DNA of 64,000 bases from an uncultured Gammaproteobacteria bacterium. Its GTDB lineage: Bacteria; Pseudomonadota; Gammaproteobacteria; UBA9214. Below the pieces are notes generated by a model. That model was not told the origin of the DNA. It searched no databases and saw only the letters and a list, made by a program, of their open reading frames with translations. The stretch lies in contig CAVVHS010000009.1 in the NCBI GenBank assembly GCA_963748215.1, positions 32,001 through 96,000 of the forward strand, read 5' to 3'. Shown in pieces: positions 29,286-39,253 of this stretch; position 1 is the first letter of the stretch; each line of letters starts with the position of its first letter. The position numbers were made by a program, and so were the translations under genes.

Positions 29286-29328
29286 CCCGTTCGCAGTCTG
29301 AACAAATACCGGTTCTCAGGAGACAACC

Positions 29329-29913
29329 ATGACACGAATCAAACATCCAGCCGGCAAGGAAGCCGGTTTTACGCTGGTCGAACTGCTGATCGTCGCCATC
29401 ATCCTGGCCATCCTGGCCGCGATTGTGGTGCCGCAGTTCGCCTCTTCCACGGACGATGCCGAGGCCTCGGCCTTGCGCTCAAACCTGGCCGGTATCCGCA
29501 GCGCGATCGATCTGTATTACCAGCAGCATGGCAGCACCTTTCCGGGTGCGGTGGCCGCAACCGGCGGTACCTGTACCGGTGGTACGGCGGGCGCCGGCCT
29601 GATTGATACCGGGACTGCATTTGAAGAGCAGCTGAAATACTATTCCAACGCCGCGGGCCAGACCTGCAGTATCAGGGACGTACCGGCCGGCGGTGTCGTG
29701 GAATTCCCGTTCGGTCCGTACATCAAGGGTGATGTGCCGGCCAACCCGGTGACCGGTATCGCTACCATCGCCATCGAAACCACCGGCAACCTGGCCATGA
29801 CTGCCCCGGCCGCTACCTCGCAGGGCTGGCGCTACGACACTACCTCCGGCAAGTTCATCGCGGACGATTCGGTGGGTGTCGACTCGAACGGTACGGTCTT
29901 CGATACCTACTGA
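29329..29913 (+). CDS. probable major pilin/pseudopilin (GspG-like)
   Basis: AGGAG RBS; AG|FTLVELLIV; PFGPYI..PANP. Confidence 0.88.
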   Translation: MTRIKHPAGKEAGFTLVELLIVAIILAILAAIVVPQFASSTDDAEASALRSNLAGIRSAIDLYYQQHGSTFPGAVAATGGTCTGGTAGAGLIDTGTAFEEQLKYYSNAAGQTCSIRDVPAGGVVEFPFGPYIKGDVPANPVTGIATIAIETTGNLAMTAPAATSQGWRYDTTSGKFIADDSVGVDSNGTVFDTY

Positions 29914-29951
29914 TAACAAAACAGTGCTGACACCGGGACAGAGTCAGACTG

Positions 29952-30506
29952 ATGCGGGCGTTGCGTAGTCATGGCGTAACCCTTGTAGAACTCCTGGTGG
30001 TCGTCTCGATATTGGGGGTTGTCGCACTTGCGGCAATCCCCGATTTTCGTTCTGCAGACCCCCTGCGGCTGGACCTGGCGGCGCAGGAAATCGCGGAGGC
30101 GATTCGTTTTGCACGCAGCGAATCATTACGCACCGGCATGATCCACGGTGTCCAGATCAGCCAGGACACCCAGCGGGTGGTGGTCTACAGGGCGGACCTG
30201 ACGACGACACCGGTCGGCATGGTGTCCATCCTCTACCATCCGGTGGCGAAGCAGCCGTTCGACTTCGACGTGGCTGCGCGTCCGACCACCGCCGGTGTCA
30301 GCATCACCAATGCGCAGGATCCCTTTCTCTACGCAGCGGGACGGCGCAAGAACCTGCTGTTCGATGCGGCAGGCGTGCCGATCTGGATCGTTAATGCCAC
30401 AGCCACGACCTACGTATTGCAGGACGGGCTGGTTGAACTGGCTTACGGCAGTGGCAAGCGGGTTGTCCAGATTGCGCCGATTACCGGCCGGGTGACGGTG
30501 CAATGA
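29952..30506 (+). CDS. GspH/FimT-like minor pilin
   Basis: HG|VTLVELLVV; IRFARSES; ITGRV C-terminus. Confidence 0.85.
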   Translation: MRALRSHGVTLVELLVVVSILGVVALAAIPDFRSADPLRLDLAAQEIAEAIRFARSESLRTGMIHGVQISQDTQRVVVYRADLTTTPVGMVSILYHPVAKQPFDFDVAARPTTAGVSITNAQDPFLYAAGRRKNLLFDAAGVPIWIVNATATTYVLQDGLVELAYGSGKRVVQIAPITGRVTVQ

Positions 30507-30576
30507 CCGCGTCAATGCGCCTATCACTGTCAGCATGTTCCAAATGATTATTTGCCGAGTTTGCAAGGAGACCGCT

Positions 30577-30876
30577 ATGCACATACCTACAGTCCTGATG
30601 TGGAGTATCACCCTCTTGACCGCCGTGGTCGGCATGGTCTTTCTGTTCTTTCCGGACCGGATCGCGCGACTGGAGGCGTGGCTGAATGCGCCCTGGGGTA
30701 ACCGTGAAGTGGCCTCGCTGCGTTTCGGGCTGCCTGCAGAACAGACCATTGAACAGGTCCTGAACCGCAATATCCTGGCGACACCGCTGGTCTGGGACGG
30801 CTGGCTGCGGCGGCACCCGCGGCCGGTCGGAGCCGTGCTGTGCCTGGTGGCCGCATTGCTCTGGTGGCAGATGTAG
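30577..30876 (+). CDS. two-TM hypothetical membrane protein
   Basis: AAGGAG RBS; hydrophobic N- and C-terminal segments. Confidence 0.7.
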   Translation: MHIPTVLMWSITLLTAVVGMVFLFFPDRIARLEAWLNAPWGNREVASLRFGLPAEQTIEQVLNRNILATPLVWDGWLRRHPRPVGAVLCLVAALLWWQM

Positions 30877-30886
30877 TGCAACCGGT

Positions 30887-31711
30887 ATGCTGCGCGGGGT
30901 AACAGACAGGGTGCATGGAATACACCCTGCCCGGCGTACGGGTAGGGTGCACTTCGTGCACCATGACACGGTGCGTGAAACGTACCCTATGGATTCCACC
31001 TCTGCGGTGGGATCGTCGAGTAGGGTGCACTCCGTGCACCGTTGTATGGTGCGTGAAACGCACCCTATGGATTCCACCTCTGCGGTGGGATCGTCGGGTA
31101 GGGTGCACTCCGTGCCCCATTGCACGGTGCGTGAAACGCACCCTACACAATCTGCCACTGCGGTGGAATCTTCGGGTAGGGTGCACTCCGTGCACCGTTG
31201 TATGGTGCGTGAAACGCACCCTGCGGATTCTGCCTCTGCGGTGGGATCGTCGAGTAGGGTGCACTCCGTGCACCGTTGCGCACCGTGGATCAGGCGCATG
31301 GCCGGTCTGAGCTACATCGAGGTCCTGATCGCCACGGCCCTGATCGCCATCACCCTGGTACCGGCCATCGAGGCCCTGACGCCCGCCCTGCAGGGTGCGG
31401 CCATCCATGAATCAAGCACTGTCCAGCAGTTCCACCTGGCCGCCCGGCTGGAAGCGCTGCTGGCCGAACCGTTCGCGGCACTGGACGCGGAGGCCGTGGC
31501 CATCAACAACCCGAACGTGGCCAGCACCGTCTATTCGGATACGGTCGGCGCAACCAATCGCCGCCTGGTCTACCTGTCACGCTACGACGCCGACAATGCC
31601 GATGGCGACAATGACTTTTTCACCGGCACGGACGCGGGCCTGATCTGGATAAGGGTCGAACTCACAGGGACGGCGCGGGCCATCGAAGGCCTGACCAGTG
31701 CCTATGAATAG
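30887..31711 (+). CDS. GspI/PilV-like minor pilin with in-frame REP array in the leader (alternative start 31298)
   Basis: AG|LSYIEVLIA at 31307; frame open from ATG 30887 through the REPs. Confidence 0.75.
   Translation: MLRGVTDRVHGIHPARRTGRVHFVHHDTVRETYPMDSTSAVGSSSRVHSVHRCMVRETHPMDSTSAVGSSGRVHSVPHCTVRETHPTQSATAVESSGRVHSVHRCMVRETHPADSASAVGSSSRVHSVHRCAPWIRRMAGLSYIEVLIATALIAITLVPAIEALTPALQGAAIHESSTVQQFHLAARLEALLAEPFAALDAEAVAINNPNVASTVYSDTVGATNRRLVYLSRYDADNADGDNDFFTGTDAGLIWIRVELTGTARAIEGLTSAYE
30910..31274. repeat. REP array with 78-bp period
   Basis: GTAG heads at 30942, 31020, 31098, 31176 and 31254. Confidence 0.95.
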
Positions 31712-31722
31712 GACGGATCATC

Positions 31723-33336
31723 ATGCGGTGCGTGAAACGCACCCTACGGATTCGGGGCGCGGTGGGGAAACGTCGCGTAACACGGTGCGTGAACGCACCT
31801 ACCCATTCTGCATCCGCACTGGAATCGTTGGGCAGGGTGCACTCCGTGCACCATTGCGCGGTGCGTAAAACGCACCCTGCGGAATCTGCCGCCGCGCTGG
31901 AATCATCGGGTAGGGTGCACTCCGTGCACCATGGCGCGGTGCGTAAAACGCACCCTACGGATTCTGCCTCCGCGGTGGAATCATCAGGTAGGGTGCACTC
32001 CGTGCACCATGACGCGGTGCGTGAAACGCACCCTGCGGAGTCTGCCTCCGCGGTGGAATCATCGGGTAGGGTGCACTCCGTGCACCATGGCGCGGTGCGT
32101 AACACGCACCCTGCGGATTCTGCCTCCGCACCGGGATCGTCGGGTAGGGTGCACTCCGTGCACCATTGCACGGTGCGTGAAACGCACCCTACGGATTCTG
32201 CCTCTGCGCTGGAACCATCGGGTAGGGTGCACTCCGTGCCCCGTGACATGGTGCGTGAAACGCACCCTACGGATTCTGCCTCCGCGGTGGGATCGTCGCG
32301 TAGGGTGCACTCCGTGCACCATTTCCGGTGCGTAAAACGCACCCTACGACCCATGCACCACCGCGATCGTCAATCCGGCTTCACCCTGCTCGAGCTGCTG
32401 ATCGCCCTGGCGCTCAGCGCCATCCTGTTTGCCGGGCTCGGCGGCATCGTCGGCCAGGCCATGGATACGCAGGACGCCGTTGAGACCGGCAACGACCTCA
32501 CCCAACAGGCACGCTTCGCCATGGAGCAGATGGTGCGGATGGTCGGGCACACGCGCCTGCTGCTGCTGCCGATGGCGGACAAAACAGTCACCACATTCGT
32601 CGAGAACATCCGCGAGCAGACCATCCCGGCGTCAACGCCACCCACCGGCAGCATCTACGCCACCGCCGTGCTGGCGGTGACCCTGCCGGCCACTTCTGAT
32701 CTGGACGGCAACGGCATCCCCGATGCCGACAACGACGGCGACGGCCGGATCGACGAGGACCTGCCGGCCGATGTCGATAATGACGGCAAGCCCGGCATCC
32801 GCGGTATCGATGATGACGGCAACGGCGTCACCGATTATTTTCTTTCACCAGCAGCCGACGATGATGAAAGCGGAGATTTGGCCCAGAACGAGGATCGTAT
32901 CAACGGGCTGGATGACGACGGCGACGGCATCGTCGACGAAGACCCCGGGGCGGACAACAACGGCGATGGCTGTCCGGGGACCTGCGCGGTGGACGACGAC
33001 GCGGACGGCGCCCTGGACGAGGGGGCCGCGGCAGACGACGACGAGGACGGCGTCAGCGACGAGGACTGGTACGACCCGGTGGTGTTCTACCTGTCCGGTG
33101 GCAACCTGATGCAGCGCACGCCGGTGCCGTGGGATGAAAATGCCAGCGGGACAGTCACCGGACAGGATTACGTTGAACAGGTCATTGCCGAGCACGTCAC
33201 GCGCTTGCGGGTGGAACGCATTCCGCAGGGAGCCGGTCGCGCCCAGCTCGTCGATCTGACGCTGGTGCTGACAGATCCGCAGACGGGCGAGACGGTGAGT
33301 CTGAACACCCGTGTACGGGTCGGGGGTGCGTTGTGA
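31723..33336 (+). CDS. GspJ/PilW-like minor pilin with Asp-rich DxDxDG repeats and in-frame REP leader (alternative starts 31704 or 32353)
   Basis: SG|FTLLELLIA at 32380; DNDGDGRIDED-type repeats. Confidence 0.8.
   Translation: MRCVKRTLRIRGAVGKRRVTRCVNAPTHSASALESLGRVHSVHHCAVRKTHPAESAAALESSGRVHSVHHGAVRKTHPTDSASAVESSGRVHSVHHDAVRETHPAESASAVESSGRVHSVHHGAVRNTHPADSASAPGSSGRVHSVHHCTVRETHPTDSASALEPSGRVHSVPRDMVRETHPTDSASAVGSSRRVHSVHHFRCVKRTLRPMHHRDRQSGFTLLELLIALALSAILFAGLGGIVGQAMDTQDAVETGNDLTQQARFAMEQMVRMVGHTRLLLLPMADKTVTTFVENIREQTIPASTPPTGSIYATAVLAVTLPATSDLDGNGIPDADNDGDGRIDEDLPADVDNDGKPGIRGIDDDGNGVTDYFLSPAADDDESGDLAQNEDRINGLDDDGDGIVDEDPGADNNGDGCPGTCAVDDDADGALDEGAAADDDEDGVSDEDWYDPVVFYLSGGNLMQRTPVPWDENASGTVTGQDYVEQVIAEHVTRLRVERIPQGAGRAQLVDLTLVLTDPQTGETVSLNTRVRVGGAL
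31727..32347. repeat. REP array with 78-bp period
   Basis: Heads at 31832, 31910, 31988, 32066, 32144, 32222 and 32300. Confidence 0.95.
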
Positions 33337-36300
33337 GCCGTACGACGCCCATACATCGCACGGTGCGTGAAACGCACCCTACGCATTCTGCCGCTGCGGT
33401 GGAATCATCGGGTAGGGTGCACTCCGTGCACCATGGCCCGGTGCGTGAAACGCACCCTACGCATTCTGCCGCTGCGGTGGAATCATCGGGTAGGGTGCAC
33501 TCCGTGCACCATGACGCGGTGCGTAAAACGCACCCTACGGATCCTGCCGCTGCGGTGGAATCATCGGGTAGGGTGCACTCCGTGCACCATGACACGGTGC
33601 GTGAAACGCACCCTACGCATTCTGTCACTGCGGTGGAATCATCGGGTAGGGTGCACGCCGTGCACCGTTCCCGGTGCGTAAAACGCACCCTACGAACCCA
33701 GCGCGGCTTCATCCTGCTGCCGGTGGTGCTGGCCATCGTGCTCATCGCCACCATCGCCTTCCTGCTCAACAACCAGAGCGCCATCAATGTCGACAGCGCG
33801 GCGGGCGAGGCGCAGGCCCGGCAGGCGGACGCGATCGCCGCGGCCGGCCTGGCGCATGCCACCTGGGGTGCGCAGCACAGCGGCTGTGCCGGCGACATGG
33901 CCATGACGACAGTGCCGTTCGGCCAGGGCAGCTACGCCGCCACGGTGGATGCCGGTGGTGTGACAGCCACGCAGTACACCTTCACCCCGGACCGTGATGG
34001 CATCATCGAAGAGGGACACACCGATCACAACCATTCCGGCGACGACCTGATCAAGGTCAAGAATAAGCCGGGCGACACCATGCATGCGCTGTATCACTAT
34101 GACCTGTCGTCCATCCCGACCGACCGGAAGGTGGTGACGGCCACGGCCTGGTTTTACGTGGACACCGTGGATGACAAGGGCGCGGTGACAGTGCATCGGG
34201 TGACCGCCGACTGGACGGAGGCCGCTCTTACCTGGGACGCCGTCGGCGGTAAATTCGAGAGCCGGGTATACGGCAGCTTTCCGCCGCAGCCAGCAAAGGA
34301 CGTATGGGTGTCGGTCAACGTCACCGCGCTTGCCCAGAACTGGGTCAGTAACCCGGGCAGCAACTACGGCTTCCTGCTGAACGCGAGCTCCGACAATTTG
34401 GAGTCGAAATACACCAGCCGCGAGTACGGCACCGCCAGCCTGCGGCCCTACTTGGAGGTCACCACGGCCGACGCCGCGGTCTCGCCGGTAAATATCAGCG
34501 CTACCGGCACGCTCACCGGCAATCCCAGCCCGGCCAACGACATCTCACGTACCCTGACCCGAACAGCGGTACCGGCCTACCAGTCAGCTTCAAATCTTGT
34601 CCTGCAGCCCGACGCCGCAGCGGGCGAGGACGCGTATATCTGGCAGTGGGCAAAGAACAGCAACTACGGCACTGCCGATGAAACCTGGGTCGCTTCGACC
34701 CCGCCGGCAAACAACACGGCACTTGCCCTTTTCAGGTTTGATATGGCTGCGCTTCCGCCGGGCGCGAAGATCCTGGACGCCAGCCTGTCGTTGCATCACA
34801 GGGATGGCAACGACCCGGATGTGCCGGTGACGGCACACCGGATTACACGAGGCTGGGAAGAGGATTCTGTTACCTGGAACAACTACAAGACCGGTAACCC
34901 CTGGAGCACGGCCGGTGGCGATTTTGATGCGGCGGTAGTGGCGACCACGAACGTGGGTCCCGGCAATAATACCCGTTACGAGTGGGACATTACGAGCCTG
35001 GTGCAGGGCTGGATCAATGGCATTTATACGAATGAGGGTGTTGCGCTGCGTACAGTAGAACCGGGCATTTACGGCGAACGCTTTGATACCAGCGACCATG
35101 CCGACCCTGCCCGCCGCCCACGTCTGAGTATCACCTATGCCTGCGAATGCGGCAATCCCTGCCTGGCCCCGCAGGGCATGGGAACGGTGGCGATGGTGGT
35201 GATCAACCCGACGACGCTGGTCCCGGCGGATGCCTACAAGAAGGCACTGTTCGAATCCTGGGGCTACACGGTGAACGTCATCGGCGAGAATGCCAACGCG
35301 GCGGCCTACGATGACCGCTGCCGCCAGCAATGACGTCTTCTACATCTCGGAGACGGTCAATTCAAATCAGGTGGGCACCCGGATCAAGGACGTGCCCATC
35401 GGTGTGGTCAGCGAGGACGGGGATTACAACAGTCGGTCTCGGTCTTGCCACCGGCTCGGGGCACACCGCCGGGTCGGCGCTCAATGTCACCGACACCAGC
35501 CACTACATCACCGCCGTCTTCCCGGCCGGCCCGCTGGATATCTATTCGGCGGCCATGGAACAGCTCACGGTGTCGGGGACCGCGGCGCCGGGCCTGCAGA
35601 CACTGGCCGACACCGGCGGGGCCGGTTCGCTGGTGGTGCTGGCCAAGGGTGCAGGCATGGCCGGCGGCGGTACTGCCGCCGGCCGGCGCGTGATGCTGCC
35701 GCTGGGGCGCGTGGGCAAGTTCAACTGGGACTACCTCAACGGCAACGGCCGGCTGATCGTGCAGCGCGCGCTGCAGTGGGGCACGGGCAATACCGGTGCG
35801 CCACCGCAGAACCTGCTGCTGGTGGTCGTCAATCCGGGCAGTCTTACCGTGCAGGAAGCCGCCAAGAAAACATTGTTCGAATCCTGGGGTTATGCGGTCT
35901 CCCTGATCGACGAGGCCGACAGCCAGGCTGTGTTCGATACGGCGGTGGCCGCCAGTGACGTGGTGTATATCACCGAGGATGTCTCTTCGAGCACGGTTGG
36001 CACCAAGCTGGTCAGCGCACCGATCGGCGTGGTCACCGAGGAGGACAACCTGTCCGATGAATTCGGTCTCTCCGCCAGCATTGCCTGGGAGACTGGCACA
36101 CAGGTCGAGATTAACGACAACACGCACTACATCACCGCACCCTTCCCGACCGGCCTGCTGACTGTTATGACCAGTACCGAGTCACTGGCCTATGTAACCG
36201 GTGCCCTGTCACCCGATCTGGGAAAACTGGCGAGTTCCGCATCCGGGTTTGGGGTTGTGACACTCGAGGCCGGTGCCGCGACCTATACCGGCGGCAGCGC

Positions 36301-38233
36301 GGCCGGTCGACGCGTGCAACTGCCCTGGGGCGGTGACAATTTTAATCTCAGCCATCTCAATACCGACGGCAGGACCATTCTGCAGCGCGCCCTCGAGTGG
36401 GGTACCGGTGCCGGTGTTGCTGCCACGCAGACGATTCTGTTCGTGGTGCCGGATGCGACGGCACTCACAGCACAGGACGCAACGAAGAAGACGCTGATGG
36501 AATCCTGGGGATTCAGCGTGGCATTGATCACGGCTGCCGACACTCAGGCAAACTTCGATGCCGCCGTGGCCAGCGCGGATGTGGCCTATATCTCAGAAGA
36601 GGTCACTTCGAGTGTCGTTGGAACCAAGCTAAGGGATGCCACCATCGGCGTGGTGAGTGAGGAGACGGCCTTGACAGACGAGTTCGGGATAGCGGGTGTG
36701 CGGACCGGCTATACCGGGACTGACATCGAGGTCGTCAACACCACGCATTACATTACCTCGGTATTTGCCAGTGGGCCGCGGACCATTGCATCGTCAGCCA
36801 CGTCACTCAACCGGCTGACGGGATCGCTCGCGCCTGGCCTGGACGCGCTTGCGGAAACCACTGGAGATCCGGAACTGGCCACCCTTGAAACAGGTGGCCT
36901 GCTGTATGACAGTGGCACGGCCGCCGGGCGCCGCGTGCAGCTACCGTGGGGGGGTGACGCCTTCGACATCAACCTGTTGACTGCCGATGGCCAGACCCTG
37001 ATGCGGCGCGCCATCCAGTGGGGTGCGGGCGCGGGCGGCGTTGCCACCATGCCGATCGCGCACTGGAAATTCGACGAAGGCACCGGCCCGACCGCCTTTG
37101 ACTCCGTGGGCGGCAACGATGCCACCCTGAATGGCAACCCAGCCTGGACGACGGGCACGTTCGGTGACGCCCTCGACTTCGATGGGAGTGGCGACTACGT
37201 CACGACGGATAATAATTTCACCCCGCCACCAATTGGTACCGTCACGTTCTGGATGCAGGTGTCCGGCTCACCCGCCTCGCTCGGGCGCATTCTTGGTCTC
37301 CACGATACCTGGGAAATACGACACGTTACGACCGGCACGGCCGACGGTATACCCTATGGTCTGGTCTTCGACCTGGGCCTCAGTGGCGTCAACACTGAAT
37401 TCGTCACGACCACGACCATCGACACGCCCGGGCAGTGGTATCACATCGCCGCGTCGTACGACACGACCAACGATGCCTATGCCGTCTATATTGACGGTGT
37501 GCCGCACAAGAGCGGGACCTATCCGTCCACCTTGTCGGTACCGGCCGCTAATCCATTGTCACTTGGCACCCGCACCGGTTCGAGCAACTACTTCGATGGA
37601 ATACTGGATGACGTGCGCATCTACGACAAGTTCCTGTCTGCTGCAGAAATCGCTGACCTGGCAGCCGGCGGTGGTGGTGGCGGTGGTGGCGGTGGCAGTC
37701 CGACCATCGTCGAGGTGCGGGTCGCCACCGGTAATGACGATGCCGAGGAACGGGTCAGCAATGGTAATGTCAATCTCACCAGTTCCGACCTCGAACTCAT
37801 CGCGGATGGCGCCAATGCCCAGCTTGTTGGGATGCGCTTTACCGGTGTCGCCGTACCCAATGGTGCAACCATCACCAATGCCTGGATTCAGTTCCAGGTC
37901 GACGAGACCAACACGGGTGCGACGAACGTCAATATTCAGGGTGAAACGAGCGACAGTGCGCTGCAGTTTACAACGGTTAATTCCAACATTTCCTCACGCG
38001 GCAGGACCACGGCCTCGATCCCTTGGGCGCCAGTTTCCTGGACGACCGTGGGTGAGGCGGGCCCCGACCAGCAGACGCCGGATATCAGTGCGGCGATTCA
38101 GGAAATCGTCAGCCGTCCAGGCTGGGCCAGCGGCAATGACATGGTGATAATCCTCACCGGTAGCGGGGAACGCACGGCGGAGGCCTACAATGGCGACGCC
38201 GCGGGCGCACCGCTGCTGCACATCGAGTATTAG
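33333..38233 (+). CDS. giant GspK/PilX-like modular pilin/adhesin (about 1630 aa), interrupted by two +1 frameshifts near 35313 and 35432
   Basis: RG|FILLPVVL at 33708; two DNRLRE/CBM96-like domains; three ~200-aa repeats; LamG-like domain (AHWKFDE, WYHIAASYD, FDGILDDVRIY); repeat homology continues across ORFs 33333, 35290 and 35330. Confidence 0.75.
33362..33693. repeat. REP array with 78-bp period
   Basis: Heads at 33412, 33490, 33568 and 33646. Confidence 0.95.
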
Positions 38234-38247
38234 GGCAACGGGATTAA

Positions 38248-38447
38248 CGGGGTTGACCTCCTCAACATCCTGATACGGCAGCATTACGCGGACGGCAGCA
38301 TTACGGGGTCGGACCTTCCCAATATCCTGACGCAGCATTACGGGGTCGGACCTTCCCAATATCCTGATAAGTAATCACTTAACGCGATGGAACGCCTGAT
38401 TTCTCAGCTTAGAGCGTACTTTTCGGGTAGCTTTTAGGGCGAATAAG
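38248..38447. repeat. tandem GGGGTCGGACC-type element ends plus ~105-bp direct repeat of 39254-39358
   Basis: CGGGGTCGGACCTTCCCAATATCCTGA at 38304 and 38341, degenerate copy at 38248. Confidence 0.8.
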
Positions 38448-38473
38448 AATTCGGTGCGTCTGGTGCGTCTATC

Positions 38474-38538
38474 GGTGCGTAGAACGCACCCTACGGTGGT
38501 GCGGTGTATCGGGTTGGGTAGGGTGCACTTTGTGCACC
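38474..38538. repeat. GTAG REP pair
   Basis: GGTGCGTAGAACGCACCCTAC ... GTAGGGTGCACTTTGTGCACC. Confidence 0.88.
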
Positions 38539-38649
38539 GTGAGACCTGTTCAGGTAGCAACGTGTTCTGGCTGTTTGTCGTCTTGCAGGATTCCCGAATT
38601 CAGCCTGGTTTTTCTGCGTACGGGAACGGCGACTCTCAGCCGGGGATGA

Positions 38650-38916
38650 TCACTGGTTATGTAACTTTTCCTGCAGCCACACCTTGATCAGTGATTGATA
38701 GGGCACGTCGCGTGCATTTGCCGCGGCCTTGATCGAGTCCAGCAGATGCTGGGGGAGACGAAGGGAAATTGTTTTGGTCGTCGGCTTCAGATTGGGCATG
38801 ACAACCGATTGCGCCTTATCCCAGTCGAGATACTCAGAGGAATCGTGCTGTTCCCAGAATTTCCGTTCTTCGTCTTCGCTGGCGAATTTCGGTACGGATT
38901 TAAGTCGCTTTTTCAT
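38650..38916 (-). CDS. BrnA/CopG-like antitoxin
   Basis: PKFASEDEERKFWEQHDS and TISLRLP...PYQSLIK (ribbon-helix-helix). Confidence 0.88.
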   Translation of the reverse strand: MKKRLKSVPKFASEDEERKFWEQHDSSEYLDWDKAQSVVMPNLKPTTKTISLRLPQHLLDSIKAAANARDVPYQSLIKVWLQEKLHNQ

Positions 38917-39199
38917 AAATGTCACGCTCCTTTCGATGCATAGCCCTGGCCGAGATTACCCGGATCTTTTCCCCTTCATGGCGCACAGTGAACGTTATAT
39001 GCAGCAGCCGGGAGTCATCGGTTTTACCCAGAGCGTGGAAGCGCGGCTCCTGGTTGCTGTGTCCGGCATCGTCAAGCACCAGTAACGGGGCATTGAAGAA
39101 AACCTGTTCCGCTTCCGCCATGCAAACGCCGTGCTTCTCGTTTTTTCGGGTGTTTCCCTCGTCCCAGTCAAAGCCCGTGATCTTCGTCCAATCGATCAT
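38900..39199 (-). CDS. BrnT-family toxin
   Basis: FDWDEGN..KNEKHGV, EPRF and IRVISAR motifs. Confidence 0.92.
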   Translation of the reverse strand: MIDWTKITGFDWDEGNTRKNEKHGVCMAEAEQVFFNAPLLVLDDAGHSNQEPRFHALGKTDDSRLLHITFTVRHEGEKIRVISARAMHRKERDIYEKAT

Positions 39200-39253
39200 C
39201 GACGTATATTATCAACATATACATATTGGGGCAAGCCGCCAATGCGGCGGGGT

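Noticed and set aside
28694-33693. CRISPR array interpretation of the regular repeats
   Set aside because: Repeats alternate in orientation, spacers are near-copies of each other, GTAG-REP structure is clear, and no cas genes are present
30481-33904. Minus-strand and alternate-frame ORFs such as VGCVSRT and CTECTLP repeats
   Set aside because: These are by-products of palindromic 78-bp repeats with no domain or RBS support
35290-35450. Programmed frameshift or phase variation in the giant pilin
   Set aside because: No slippery heptamer or homopolymer tract at either site; sequencing error or mutation is simpler
37667-37696. GGY trinucleotide run as a contingency locus
   Set aside because: It is an in-frame triplet repeat encoding a Gly10 linker and cannot shift the frame
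29329-38233. Diversity-generating retroelement targeting the pilins
   Set aside because: No reverse transcriptase and no template/variable repeat pair with adenine-specific differences
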